Below are positions 28,982 to 38,587 of a stretch of DNA of 62,712 nt, piece by piece. The translations under genes and the position numbers were made by a program. The DNA lies in the NCBI GenBank assembly GCA_002687895.1, contig NZBL01000017.1, forward strand, positions 1 to 62,712, in the 5' to 3' direction. The stretch is from a bacterium. Lineage in GTDB: Bacteria > Patescibacteriota > Patescibacteriia > UBA2169. Within the stretch, counting starts at the first letter, position 1. Each line of letters begins with the position of its first letter. The notes beneath the pieces are model-generated. The model was not told where the DNA came from. It saw only the letters and a program-made list of their open reading frames with translations, and ran no database searches.

Positions 28982-29536
28982 ATGCCAAAACAAACCAAAA
29001 GAAAATCTAAATCAGACAATCAGTCAATTAGAGACAACATATCTTCAATTGGGGATGCCATAAAAGACGCAGCAAGCGTCCCAACTGAAGTTGGCCACGC
29101 AGTTCAGGAAGAAATGAGCGACTTTATGCGCAGAGCCACCAACCCTTTAAGGGCTGAATTCAGGCCAAAAGACCTTTTGCAAGTGATAATTGGCGCGTCA
29201 ATCTTGGCTGTGCCAGTAGGCTTTACAGAAGAAACATGGCGCTTGGCCCATGAGCTGCCCATGCGCAATATACTTATTTTAAGCGCGGTTTCAATAATAT
29301 TTATTGGATCATTTGTATATTACAACTATTATCGCAAAAACTTTAAAAGGCATTGGTCTGAATACGCTAAACGAGTGCTTTCAACCTATCTATTCTCTTT
29401 GGGAGTGGTAGCTGGCTTTCTGACATTGATCGGAGTAGCGCAATGGGATATTGACACAATGCTAGCTCTTAAACGAGTCATCTTAGTCAGCTTTCCCGCT
29501 TCAATGAGCGCTGTGGTTGCTGATACTATTAAATAA
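28982..29536 (+). CDS. Integral membrane protein (DUF2391-like)
   Basis: The 184-aa product has a charged N-terminus followed by 3-4 TM helices. LLQVIIGASILAVPVGFTEETW resembles DUF2391. Confidence 0.45.
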   Translation: MPKQTKRKSKSDNQSIRDNISSIGDAIKDAASVPTEVGHAVQEEMSDFMRRATNPLRAEFRPKDLLQVIIGASILAVPVGFTEETWRLAHELPMRNILILSAVSIIFIGSFVYYNYYRKNFKRHWSEYAKRVLSTYLFSLGVVAGFLTLIGVAQWDIDTMLALKRVILVSFPASMSAVVADTIK

Positions 29537-29539
29537 TTT

Positions 29540-31363
29540 ATGACACCAAATACATCTAGAACTTACAACAAACAGCGCCCAGCGCGTCCAAAATCTGCTA
29601 ATTCATCTGGCAGACGACCTCAAAAAAGCGGTTTTAAAAAGCGTCCAATTCGCGGTGGCCGAAGTTCAAGACCGCAAGGACAGCAGAATAAGCTTAAGAT
29701 CATTCCTTTAGGCGGATTAGAAGAGGTCGGCAAAAACATGACTATTTTTGAATATGGCAATGATATTGTGATTTTAGATATGGGCCTATTGTTCCCTTCC
29801 GAAGACCAGCATGGTGTTGATTACATTATTCCAAATATCTCTTACCTAAAAGGCAAAGAAAAAAATGTTAAAGCAGTAATATTTTCGCATGGGCATTTAG
29901 ACCATATTGGAGCTGCTCCAATTCTTTTAGAAAAACTCAGCTACCCTACCATACTCGGCAGGCCAATGACTTTGGCAATGGTAAAGCACCGCCAAGAGGA
30001 CTATATACCAAACTCAACCAACAGGTTAAAAACTATTACAATAAAAAACCTTAAAGATAAGTTCAGCTTTGGGGCTTTTAAAATTAAATTCTTCCAAGTT
30101 GACCACTCTATCATGGACGCAGTTGGCGTTATATTGGAAACTCCAGAAGGAACAGTGATTCACCCCGGAGACTGGACTTTAGAAAAAAATTCTAAAACCG
30201 GTCATCCAGTTGTGGACTACAGGCCTCTTGCGCGGCTTAAGCGCCCTACTATATTGATGCTGGAAAGCTTAGGGGCCACAGATGTGCGTAAAAGCGCAAC
30301 ACAAGAAGAGATGAAGCACAATTTAACAACCTTGATTAGTCAGGCTTTGGGAAGAATTGTTATTGGAACTTTCGCGTCCCAAATTGAGCGCATTGCTTGG
30401 ATTATCCAGGCTGCAGAGCAATCCAACAAAAAAGTCGCTTTAGACGGATATAGCATGAAAATGAATATAGAAATAGCAAGCAAACTTGGATATGTTAAGG
30501 CAAAAAAAGGCACTTTGATTAAGATCAACCAAATTGATGATTATCCTGACAACAAAATTATTGTAATAGCTACAGGCGCGCAAGGCGAAGGCAATGCCGT
30601 GCTTTCGCGCATTATTACGGGCAGCCATAAATCAGTTAAGCTTAAAAAGAAAGATACTGTTATACTTTCTTCATCTATTATTCCTGGCAATGAAAATACA
30701 ATTCAAAAGCTTAAAGATGAGTTGTACCGCCAATCAGATAATGTAATTCACGGCCAGATCATGGATATCCATGTTTCAGGGCACGGCAACAAAGATGATA
30801 TTGAATATATATTAAAAACCATTAAGCCAGATTATTTTATTCCAGTTTACGGGTGGCACTATATGCTTCGCGAGGCAGCAAAGCTTGCCAGGGATTTAAA
30901 ATTTAATGAAAACAGGGTTCTAGTTCTTGATAATGGACAAATTGCTGAATTTGACAAATCCGGAGGCAAAGCGACTGAAAACAAAGCAGACACAAGCCAT
31001 GTGTTTGTGGATGGATTAGGCATTGGCGATGTTGGTAATATTGTTTTAAAAGATAGGCAGGTTATGGCAGCTGATGGCATGGTGGGGGTGGTTGTGCAGG
31101 TTAATACTAAAACAAGGAAAGTGATTAATAATCCAGATATTATTACACGCGGATTTATTCATATTAAAACATCGGAAAAACTGATGCAGGCTATCCGCAA
31201 TCATGTTAAAAAGAAGACTGAACAGATTGTAGCTAAAAAAATGCCAAAAAAGAGCGAAGAATGGGGCGCTATTCGCGCAGAAATTAGGGATGATCTTGGA
31301 AAATTCCTTTTCAAAGAAACGCAAAGAGAGCCAATGATAATGCCAGTTGTGTTGAAAGTATAA
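29540..31363 (+). CDS. rnj: Ribonuclease J with a basic N-terminal extension
   Basis: It has the metallo-beta-lactamase motif FSHGHLDHIGA, beta-CASP and C-terminal domains, and an R/K/P-rich first 50 aa. Confidence 0.9.
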   Translation: MTPNTSRTYNKQRPARPKSANSSGRRPQKSGFKKRPIRGGRSSRPQGQQNKLKIIPLGGLEEVGKNMTIFEYGNDIVILDMGLLFPSEDQHGVDYIIPNISYLKGKEKNVKAVIFSHGHLDHIGAAPILLEKLSYPTILGRPMTLAMVKHRQEDYIPNSTNRLKTITIKNLKDKFSFGAFKIKFFQVDHSIMDAVGVILETPEGTVIHPGDWTLEKNSKTGHPVVDYRPLARLKRPTILMLESLGATDVRKSATQEEMKHNLTTLISQALGRIVIGTFASQIERIAWIIQAAEQSNKKVALDGYSMKMNIEIASKLGYVKAKKGTLIKINQIDDYPDNKIIVIATGAQGEGNAVLSRIITGSHKSVKLKKKDTVILSSSIIPGNENTIQKLKDELYRQSDNVIHGQIMDIHVSGHGNKDDIEYILKTIKPDYFIPVYGWHYMLREAAKLARDLKFNENRVLVLDNGQIAEFDKSGGKATENKADTSHVFVDGLGIGDVGNIVLKDRQVMAADGMVGVVVQVNTKTRKVINNPDIITRGFIHIKTSEKLMQAIRNHVKKKTEQIVAKKMPKKSEEWGAIRAEIRDDLGKFLFKETQREPMIMPVVLKV

Positions 31364-31378
31364 CCAATAAATAGCTTA

Positions 31379-31412
31379 AAAGATTCTGTGTAATGGCAGA
31401 ATCTTTTATTTT
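31379..31412 (+). terminator. Intrinsic terminator after rnj
   Basis: AAGATTCTG-N8-CAGAATCTT is followed by a T-rich run. Confidence 0.7.
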
Positions 31413-31430
31413 ATGCTAGCATTGTTGTAT

Positions 31431-32405
31431 ATGAATAATCTCATCTTCTCTGGCATGCAACCAACTGGCTCATTGCACTTAGGAAACTATTTAGGCGCTT
31501 TAAAACAATGGGTTGAGCTGCAAGAACAGCATGATTCTATTTTTTGCATTGTTGATTACCATGCTTTGACAATTGATTATAGCCCAAAAGATCTGCCTAA
31601 CCGAATAACTGAGCTTGCTTTAGATTATTTATCTGCTGGAGTTGATCCAGAAAAATCAATTGTATTTGTTCAGTCCCAAATTCCAGAACATACTGAACTG
31701 GCTTGGATTTTTAATAGCATTACTCCAATGGGTGAATTAGAGCGTATGACCCAATTTAAGGAAAAAAGCGAACAACATAAACAGAATATCAATGCAGGAT
31801 TATTTACCTACCCCATTCTACAGGCAGCTGACATTTTGCTGTATAAAGCAGACAGAGTTCCTGTTGGAGAAGACCAGGTTCAGCATGTTGAACTTACTCG
31901 GGACATTGCTAAAAAGTTTAATAAAACTTTTGGCAAAACATTTCCAGAAACAAAAGTTATATTAACTAAAACTGCGCGCATCATGTCTTTGGTTGATCCA
32001 GAGAAGAAGATGTCAAAATCTTTGGGTGAGAAGCATTATATTGCTTTGTCTGATTCTCCTGACGCAATAAAAAAGAAAGTTCGCTCCGCGGTTACAGACA
32101 CGCATGGCGGTTCAAAGTCAGCTGGTGTAACTAATTTGTTTGATATTTTAGAAGCTTTAAACGGCGATGACATGGTTTCTGAACTAAAAGACCAGCACAA
32201 AAAAGGCAAGCTACCGTATAAAGATTTAAAAGATATTGTTGCAAATACTATTATAAGCCATTTAAAGCCTATTCAAGAACGCAGGCGCGAACTTGAGGAA
32301 CAAAGAGAAGAGATTGGCGAAATTTTGATTGAAGGCGCAGAACGCGCGCAAGAAATTGCTCAAAAAACCATGGAAGAGGTTCGCGAGAAAGTAGGAGTAC
32401 GATAA
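31431..32405 (+). CDS. trpS: Tryptophan--tRNA ligase
   Basis: MNNLIFSGMQPTGSLHLGNYLGAL and the KMSKS motif are present. I prefer the ATG at 31431 because 31413 lies in the rnj terminator. Confidence 0.9.
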   Translation: MNNLIFSGMQPTGSLHLGNYLGALKQWVELQEQHDSIFCIVDYHALTIDYSPKDLPNRITELALDYLSAGVDPEKSIVFVQSQIPEHTELAWIFNSITPMGELERMTQFKEKSEQHKQNINAGLFTYPILQAADILLYKADRVPVGEDQVQHVELTRDIAKKFNKTFGKTFPETKVILTKTARIMSLVDPEKKMSKSLGEKHYIALSDSPDAIKKKVRSAVTDTHGGSKSAGVTNLFDILEALNGDDMVSELKDQHKKGKLPYKDLKDIVANTIISHLKPIQERRRELEEQREEIGEILIEGAERAQEIAQKTMEEVREKVGVR

Positions 32406-32455
32406 ATTTAAGGTATTATAAAAGGCTACGATTGATCGCGGCCTTTTATTTTATT

Positions 32456-33808
32456 CTATTTTTGAATCAAATCTAATAATTCATCTCGTTTTTCTTCCAT
32501 CAATTTTTTATCATCCAATGCCTCCACATTCAAGCGAACCACTGGTTCGGTATTTGATTTGCGAACGTTCGCGTGCCAATTGTCTGCAATGATTGATACT
32601 CCATCCATTTCATCAGTTTCAAAATCTTTTGAATAATACTCTTTTATATTGGCAATAGTTTCGTCTGGATCTTTTACTTCGGTATTCTCTTGCTCTATCA
32701 TGAAATATTTATTTCTCAATGGCTCCACAAGCTCTTCTAAGGTCTTATTATAATGGCCCAGCATCTCCAAAAGCAGCAAAGACATTCCTACTGCTGTTTC
32801 AGCAAAATAGAAATTAGGCAAATAATAATGCCCGCTTTTCTCTAGACCAAAAACTGCTTTTGATTTTTTCATTTCTGACTTTATAAACACATGCCCAACT
32901 CTTGATGCATTAGTGCTTCCACCTGCAACTTTAACAAGATCTCTTACTGCCCATCCAATAATGACATCATGCACAATAGAGCCTCCTCCATGCTTTTCTA
33001 TTAAGTACTGAGAAAATAATGCTCCCAGATAATCACTTGGCACATATCTGCCGCTGGCGTCTACTGCAAAAAATCTATCTGCATCAGTATCAATTGCAAA
33101 GCCTAAATCAGCTTTCTCTTTTTTAACGCGCGCCTCAAGATCTTTTCTATTTTCTTCTTTTAGAGGATCGCCTCCGTGGTTAGGAAATTCGCCATCTGGC
33201 TCATAGAACATCTTTATAATTTCTACTGGCAAATCTTTATATACTAAATCAGTGGCCATTCCGCCCATTCCATTAGCTGGATCAACAACAACTCTTAGGT
33301 TTGTAGGGATTTTACTTATATCTATTAAAGAAAGAATCTTTTTTTGATACTCATTCTTGAAGTCTATATCTTGAACTGAGCCAGTCGCGCCTGATTTTGG
33401 AAAATTTCCATCTAAAGCTGCTTTTTTAATCTTATCTCCGCTTACTAAATCTGGCATGCGCTCTACAAGCTTAAATCCATTATATTCCTTTGGATTATGA
33501 GAAGCTGTTATGTTAATTCCTGGAAAACCTTTTGAACCGCACGCAAAATAAAACATATCAGTGCTAACCAGCCCAATATCAAGCACACTAGCCCCTTGCT
33601 CTGTAATTCCCTTGATCAATGATTCACGAAGCTTGGGACCTGATACTCTAATATCTCTGCCAACAATAACTTTTTGAGCTTTTGTGTACACAACAAACGC
33701 CCTGCCAATCTGCTCTGCTACCTCCTCGTTCACTTCATCTGGATATGTGCCCCTAATATCATACGCTTTGAATATGTCTGGATTAATTTCCATATTATTT
33801 TGATTCAA
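32456..33808 (-). CDS. Phosphomannomutase/phosphoglucomutase (alpha-D-phosphohexomutase family)
   Basis: FKAYDIRGTYPDEV, the active-site sequence TASHNPKEYNGFK and metal site DTDADR are present. Confidence 0.85.
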   Translation of the reverse strand: MNQNNMEINPDIFKAYDIRGTYPDEVNEEVAEQIGRAFVVYTKAQKVIVGRDIRVSGPKLRESLIKGITEQGASVLDIGLVSTDMFYFACGSKGFPGINITASHNPKEYNGFKLVERMPDLVSGDKIKKAALDGNFPKSGATGSVQDIDFKNEYQKKILSLIDISKIPTNLRVVVDPANGMGGMATDLVYKDLPVEIIKMFYEPDGEFPNHGGDPLKEENRKDLEARVKKEKADLGFAIDTDADRFFAVDASGRYVPSDYLGALFSQYLIEKHGGGSIVHDVIIGWAVRDLVKVAGGSTNASRVGHVFIKSEMKKSKAVFGLEKSGHYYLPNFYFAETAVGMSLLLLEMLGHYNKTLEELVEPLRNKYFMIEQENTEVKDPDETIANIKEYYSKDFETDEMDGVSIIADNWHANVRKSNTEPVVRLNVEALDDKKLMEEKRDELLDLIQK

Positions 33809-34796
33809 CTTTTTTAATAGTATTTAATTTAAGATTCACCAAAAGCCCTAAGCCCCAGATCATTGCAAGCAGCTTCAAAATCCATCCTATGCCTGGGATT
33901 CCAGTTACAAGCCATAACACAATCACTCCCAAGACCATGGTTGCGAGCAAAGAATATTTACTAGCGATCTCTCTACCGCGTATAGCGCCGAATATATAGG
34001 TTCCAAGAATAATTCCAACCATAATTTTTGCAAGATACAAGCTAACAAGCAATCCAGCGCCAAGAATAAATGCAAGCGGAATGCCTATAATTGTGAACAT
34101 AAGAACAATAATCGCAATTGGCGTTGCCACAAGAATTCCCAAGCCCCACAAAATATCATGTGTAGGGTTTTTTATAGATTGAGTAATTGCCCTGCGCACT
34201 GTCTTTGGCCATATGCTGACTAATACCAACCCAACTACCAGCATGCCAAAAAAGCTTGTTAGACTAAAAAACCATGCAAATGCATTTGTAGGGGCCTGTG
34301 AACTGCTTATTTCTTCATGAATCAGCTCTCCAGAAATAATGCCATTTTGCTCAAAACTTTTTGCTTTAATATTAGCGTCTCCAGCTATATTGCCGTTCAT
34401 TACAACATTGTCTCCCCTAACCCATAGCAAGCCTGAAATATTCGCTTTAGGAGTAATTTCAATATTATTTCCAACAACAGCCACATTGCCTTCAACAGGA
34501 GCGTCAATTATAATTTTATTTGCTAAAGCGCGGACATCGCCGCCAACACTATCTTGGATTAAGACTGTGCCTCCTGCTGCAAGCACGTCTTGAGTGACAG
34601 GATTATTTATATCAACAATACCGCCAAATGCCATTACATCTCGCGCACCCTCTTTAGGCGGATGAACCTCTGCCGCAATATTAAAATAGTCAACTACCTT
34701 GGAAGTCTCTGAAATCAACTCTGGCTCTTGGGCTGTTAACAAAGCTGGAGCGCCTATGATAATAAATGCCAGTAAAAAAATAGATGCCGTTTTCAT
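33795..34796 (-). CDS. Membrane protein with an N-terminal bactofilin-like repeat domain and a C-terminal multi-TM region
   Basis: A signal/TM helix is followed by repeats such as GDVRALANKIIIDAPVEGNVAVVGNNIEI and GNIAGDANIKA, then about 5 TM helices. Confidence 0.5.
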   Translation of the reverse strand: MKTASIFLLAFIIIGAPALLTAQEPELISETSKVVDYFNIAAEVHPPKEGARDVMAFGGIVDINNPVTQDVLAAGGTVLIQDSVGGDVRALANKIIIDAPVEGNVAVVGNNIEITPKANISGLLWVRGDNVVMNGNIAGDANIKAKSFEQNGIISGELIHEEISSSQAPTNAFAWFFSLTSFFGMLVVGLVLVSIWPKTVRRAITQSIKNPTHDILWGLGILVATPIAIIVLMFTIIGIPLAFILGAGLLVSLYLAKIMVGIILGTYIFGAIRGREIASKYSLLATMVLGVIVLWLVTGIPGIGWILKLLAMIWGLGLLVNLKLNTIKKVESK

Positions 34797-34843
34797 GGCC
34801 TAACTTTATCATGAATAACTAAGATTTTCAATGGAAAAACCCA

Positions 34844-34871
34844 TTGACAAAACCACTCATACTTTTACAAT
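34844..34871 (+). promoter_or_regulatory. Sigma-70-type promoter of a short + strand transcription unit
   Basis: TTGACA (34844-34849), a 16-nt spacer and TACAAT (34866-34871). Confidence 0.6.
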
Positions 34872-34889
34872 AAACACAAAGGAGGCGGT

Positions 34890-35045
34890 TTGTTCACAAT
34901 TTACACTGGGGAGAAGGTTGTGAAAAAAACAAGTACATTAATAGTATGGATCATTAGGGGCATTGCGTGTGTTCTGGGAATTGCGACATTCTTTTTTTGG
35001 TTTGTCCTTTTCAGAAACCTAAACAAAGAATCGCAAGAGGAGTAA
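34890..35045 (+). CDS. Possible small membrane protein (51 aa, TTG start; or 41 aa from the GTG at 34920)
   Basis: AAGGAGG lies 5 nt upstream of the TTG. The product is ..KKTSTLIVWIIRGIACVLGIATFFFWFVLFRNLNKESQEE, with one TM helix. It is below the ORF-track cutoff. Confidence 0.35.
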   Translation: MFTIYTGEKVVKKTSTLIVWIIRGIACVLGIATFFFWFVLFRNLNKESQEE

Positions 35046-35313
35046 AACTCATCAAAACAGAGAGGATAATCTAATGGCAAAAATCGTCAATCGAGTTACA
35101 AAAAAGACGCTTAAAGGCATGGGCCGCACTCCTCCGACAGAGAGTGAAACAATCCCGGACTAAGAATCACTCGTCGGTGTGCAACAATTCCTAAGTGACA
35201 ATGGCAAGGCCCTGCATCAGGCAGTACTTGAACTTCGCTCACATCGACTCGCGAAGAGAAAATCTTAAGGACAAAAAAGGCCATAGTAATAAAAAACCCA
35301 TAGGTTACAACAT

Positions 35314-35350
35314 GGCGGACCAGAACTAAAGCTCTGGCCCGCCTTTTTTT
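35314..35350 (+). terminator. Intrinsic terminator closing the 34844-35350 unit
   Basis: GGCGGACCAGA-N8-TCTGGCCCGCC is followed by TTTTTTT. Confidence 0.75.
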
Positions 35351-35390
35351 ATTTGACATTTTTAGCTTGATATAATAAAGTCAATAACCT

Positions 35391-36680
35391 ATGTCACATT
35401 TATCTGAATTTGACCCAGAAATTTCTAATGCCATAGAAAACGAGATAAACCGCCAAAGAAACGGTTTGGAAATGATTGCTTCTGAAAATCTTGTCTCAAG
35501 AGCAGTGCTAGAAGCACTTGGCTCGCCTTTAACAAACAAATATTCAGAAGGATATCCTGGAAAGCGATACTACAGCGGAAATGAATTTATAGACAATGTA
35601 GAAAACCTGGCAATTAACCGCGCTAAGGAGCTTTTTGGCGCAGAACACGCTAATATGCAGCCGCACGCGGGCTCGCAAGCAAATATGGCGGCTTATTTCG
35701 CAATGGCTGAACCTGGTGATAAAATCATGGCAATGAATCTGGCCCATGGCGGGCATTTAACGCACGGATCTCCTGTAAACTTTTCTGGAAAGCTGTTTAA
35801 TATAGTCCCCTACGGAGTACAGCAAGATACGCATTTGATTGATATGAACGAGGTGCGGGACATTGCTTTGCGCGAAAAGCCAGTAGTGATCCTTGCTGGC
35901 CATACTGCATATCCTAGAACTTTGGATTTTGAAAAATTCAGACAAATAGCAGATGAAGTTGGCGCATATCTTATGGTGGACATGGCTCATTTCGCGGGCC
36001 TAGTAGCTGGAAAAGCTCATCCTGATCCATTTCTTTGGGCAGATGTTATAACAACAACCACGCATAAAACCTTGCGCGGACCAAGAGGTGCTGTGATATT
36101 CTCTAAAATTGAAGACAGAATACATCCAGAAGATAAAAAGAACCTTGCGAAAAAGATTGACTTCGCGATTTTTCCATTTATGCAAGGCGGTCCTCTTGAT
36201 CATGTGATAGCAGCAAAAGCTGTTGCTTTTAAAGAAGCGCTGCATCCAAGCTTTGAGCAGTACGCGGAACAGATTATTGTAAACGCGCAAGCTTTAGCTG
36301 AATCACTAATGAATAATGGAGTTGATCTTGTGTCTCGCGGAACAGATAATCATTTAGTTCTTGCTGATTTGACTAAAACAGGGCTCGCGGGCAAACAAGG
36401 AGAAACATTGCTTGATTCAGTTGGAATTTATACTAACAAAAACATGGTGCCTTTTGACCAGCGAAAGCCAATGGATCCTTCTGGCTTGCGAATCGGCACT
36501 CCAGCTTTGACTACTAGAGGGTTCACAGAAGATGAACTTAAGCAAGTTGGGGAAATGATCGCCCATACTTTGCATAACCCAAATCAAAACGACATATTAG
36601 AAGGCGTGCGCAAAAAAGTTGAGGCAATGACTCAAGCCCATCCTTTGTATGATGGATGGAGCTATGAAACGCCTGAATAG
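35391..36680 (+). CDS. glyA: Serine hydroxymethyltransferase
   Basis: [36 protein letters not shown] and the PLP-lysine region [13 protein letters not shown] are present. An extended -10 (TGATATAAT) lies at 35368-35376. Confidence 0.95.
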   Translation: MSHLSEFDPEISNAIENEINRQRNGLEMIASENLVSRAVLEALGSPLTNKYSEGYPGKRYYSGNEFIDNVENLAINRAKELFGAEHANMQPHAGSQANMAAYFAMAEPGDKIMAMNLAHGGHLTHGSPVNFSGKLFNIVPYGVQQDTHLIDMNEVRDIALREKPVVILAGHTAYPRTLDFEKFRQIADEVGAYLMVDMAHFAGLVAGKAHPDPFLWADVITTTTHKTLRGPRGAVIFSKIEDRIHPEDKKNLAKKIDFAIFPFMQGGPLDHVIAAKAVAFKEALHPSFEQYAEQIIVNAQALAESLMNNGVDLVSRGTDNHLVLADLTKTGLAGKQGETLLDSVGIYTNKNMVPFDQRKPMDPSGLRIGTPALTTRGFTEDELKQVGEMIAHTLHNPNQNDILEGVRKKVEAMTQAHPLYDGWSYETPE

Positions 36681-37741
36681 GTGTCATTGCGCCGTGCCCC
36701 GTCGGATGACCGGGGAGGAGTCCGACTACTGACGGACGACGAAGCAATCTTATCGTCGCATGATACGTTATGTATTTCATCTCTAAGCTTGTGCGTGTTT
36801 CCATGATTCAATAATCCAAGATACGACCCCACTGTTTCATTGCTTGGGTGGTTTTTGATATGCTTCATCATTCTTTGTTTTGTCGTAGTGCGTAGGATAC
36901 GGTGATCTGGAAAATGTATCCATCCAAGAAAATCTATTCCAGAAGCAAGTGTATTGATAAAAACTTTATTCGGATGCAAAGACAATTGCAATCTATCGTA
37001 TAAAAAAGACCTAATCAGATACACGCAACTTTCAAGCTGGGCACGGTTTTCTGATAATATAACAAAATCATCAGCATACCTGATATAATATTTCACACGT
37101 AGTTTATACTTCACAAACTGGTCAAATGCATTCATGTATATATTTACCAACAATTGCGACGTCAAATTGCCAAGCGGCAATCCTTTACATGGATGTGTCT
37201 CAAAACTTTCTATAATTCTGCTCAACAGCCAAAGAATTCTTTTATCTGGAATGTATTTTGTAAGGATATTCTTTAAAATTTCATGGTCAATGTTTGCAAA
37301 AAATTTTCTAATGTCGCATTTCAAAATCCAGCACGTTTTTGTATTGTTCTTGCTTGCTTTAAAAGCCATATAACGAAATCCATCAAGCGCCTTATGCGTT
37401 CCTTTGCTTATGCGACAGGAATATGAATCCGCAATAAAGATCAGGTCAAAAAACAGATATAATATTCTATAAACCGCATGATGTAATAGGCGATCACGGA
37501 CGCATGCCTTGTGTATGTTTCTTGGTTTTGGATCAGAAATCTTAAAAGCATCATATCCACCATGCATATAAGTAAAATCAGCAAGATCGTTGTGTAACGA
37601 CATAATATTGTCCATCAAATTAAAATTAAACTCGCGCACATCTTTTCTTTTTCGTTTACCTCTGATAAACTCTGTCCATGCTACTAGTAAATTATCAATG
37701 CAAATTATATCTTCAAACTTATGGCTCAATTGAATCTTCAT
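36662..37741 (-). CDS. DGR reverse transcriptase
   Basis: RT motifs include [31 protein letters not shown] (the DGR-type [LIV]GxxxSQ motif), [11 protein letters not shown] (YxDD) and GIDFLGW. There is no maturase X, endonuclease or intron RNA context. The last ~45 codons read into the GC-rich element and overlap the glyA stop by 19 bp. Confidence 0.9.
   Translation of the reverse strand: MKIQLSHKFEDIICIDNLLVAWTEFIRGKRKRKDVREFNFNLMDNIMSLHNDLADFTYMHGGYDAFKISDPKPRNIHKACVRDRLLHHAVYRILYLFFDLIFIADSYSCRISKGTHKALDGFRYMAFKASKNNTKTCWILKCDIRKFFANIDHEILKNILTKYIPDKRILWLLSRIIESFETHPCKGLPLGNLTSQLLVNIYMNAFDQFVKYKLRVKYYIRYADDFVILSENRAQLESCVYLIRSFLYDRLQLSLHPNKVFINTLASGIDFLGWIHFPDHRILRTTTKQRMMKHIKNHPSNETVGSYLGLLNHGNTHKLRDEIHNVSCDDKIASSSVSSRTPPRSSDGARRNDTYSGVS
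36683..36727. repeat. GC-rich hairpin element, divergent copy 2 (between glyA and the RT 3' ends)
   Basis: GTCATTGCGCCGTGCCCCGTCGGATGACCGGGGAGGAGTCCGAC shares the architecture of copies 1 and 3: a GTCAY lead, a GC-rich hairpin (here CCCCG/CGGGG) and a GGAG..TC tail. Sequence identity is much weaker. Confidence 0.4.
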
Positions 37742-38110
37742 AATAATGCTTTAGTGTACCGCCCCCCAACGGCATATATTCCGCTTATTCAAAAATTGAA
37801 AGATGCCTACAAACTATGGCAAGAATTTCTGAAACACTTTCCAAAAACAACAAAATACACGCTTGGTGAAAAAATTGATTCATCTTTTCTGGAAGCAATT
37901 GAATTTGTGTTCACTGCCAGTTACTTAAGTAAACAACAAAAGCGACCATTTGTGCAAAGAGTATCGTCTAAAATTGATTTACTCAAACTGTTTTTGCAAA
38001 TCGCCTGGGAAGTTAAATCGCTTAATAACAAAAAATATATTGCTCTCTCTGAAAAGCTAGATGAAATAGGCAGAATGCTTGGGGGATGGAACAAACAACT
38101 ATCTGAATAA
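37721..38110 (+). CDS. avd: Avd-like accessory variability determinant (four-helix-bundle, 23S rRNA IVS protein family)
   Basis: The 129-aa basic helical protein contains LIQKLKDAYKLWQEFLKHFPKTTKYTLGEKIDSSFLEAIEFV, typical of the four-helix-bundle family that includes DGR Avd. It lies between TR and RT but on the opposite strand. Confidence 0.7.
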   Translation: MAQLNLHNNALVYRPPTAYIPLIQKLKDAYKLWQEFLKHFPKTTKYTLGEKIDSSFLEAIEFVFTASYLSKQQKRPFVQRVSSKIDLLKLFLQIAWEVKSLNNKKYIALSEKLDEIGRMLGGWNKQLSE

Positions 38111-38136
38111 AAAAACTCCTCCAAAAAAAGGAGGAG
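38109..38136 (-). terminator. Hairpin plus U-run immediately 3' of TR (minus strand)
   Basis: The minus strand reads CTCCTCC-TTTTTTT-GGAGGAG followed by seven Ts. It abuts the avd stop codon on the + strand. Confidence 0.65.
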
Positions 38137-38147
38137 AATAAAGATAG

Positions 38148-38281
38148 TTGCTGAGGCAGAAAACCCACACATTACCAGGATTCCACACATTGCTAGGATT
38201 AGCATAGTTCGCGTTGAGCCACAACTCATCGTTGTCGCAATCAACGTTGAAGACGTTAGGATCGCCGTCGGAGTCGGTTTT
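38148..38281 (-). repeat. DGR template repeat (TR)
   Basis: This 134-bp repeat matches 38592-38725. All 21 differences are at + strand T, which is a minus-strand A in TR. TR reads in frame as ..DSDGDPNVFNVDCDNDELWLNANYANPSNVWNPGNVWVFCLS. Confidence 0.9.
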
Positions 38282-38534
38282 GTTTAGAACATCATCCATG
38301 CCACCATCCTTTGAATGCTCTCAGAATTGAATCGTATTTGTGATCTAAAAATCACCTAATGCCCTAAACCAAGTATCTTCATTTTTAAAAGATTAACAGA
38401 TATCACTGCAAGCAGGCGTACCAATTTGCATTCTGTATCTTGAAAATCCTAGAATCAGATGGTTCAAAGCCGTAGCCGTGAACATGCTCATCTAGCATCC
38501 AAATATATGGTAGCATATTCTGAAGAATTAAAAA

Positions 38535-38566
38535 GGGTCAAAGGAACCAAAAAGTTCCAATGACCC
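38535..38566 (-). terminator. Strong hairpin plus U-run about 20 nt after the target stop codon (terminator and/or DGR target-recognition hairpin)
   Basis: The minus strand reads GGGTCATTGGAAC-TTTTT-GGTTCCTTTGACCC followed by TTTTT. Confidence 0.6.
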
Positions 38567-38587
38567 AAACTACAAAGTGCCTGAAGA

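Noticed and set aside
35111-35359. An 82-aa minus-strand ORF (MSNKKRRARALVLVRH...)
   Set aside because: It starts inside the + strand terminator stem and T-run and runs antisense through the small transcription unit. Its composition is unremarkable and there is no RBS.
36662-37741. The RT as a group II intron maturase or retron RT
   Set aside because: I could find no intron domain V/VI-like RNA, no X/maturase or endonuclease domain, and no msr/msd-like repeats. Instead there is the DGR-type LGNLTSQ motif and an adjacent TR/VR pair with adenine-only mismatches.
37721-38110. The four-helix-bundle gene as a 23S rRNA intervening-sequence protein
   Set aside because: No rRNA is present in the window. 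The position between TR and RT fits the Avd role of the same fold family.
38099-38299. A 66-aa minus-strand ORF (MDDVLNKTDSDGDPNVFNV...) that looks like a paralogue of the target C-terminus
   Set aside because: It is the DGR template repeat read as protein. It is Asn (AAY)-rich exactly where VR varies, lacks the rest of the target gene, and runs through the terminator hairpin. ORFs 37921-38244 and 38488-38688 are other frames of TR and VR.
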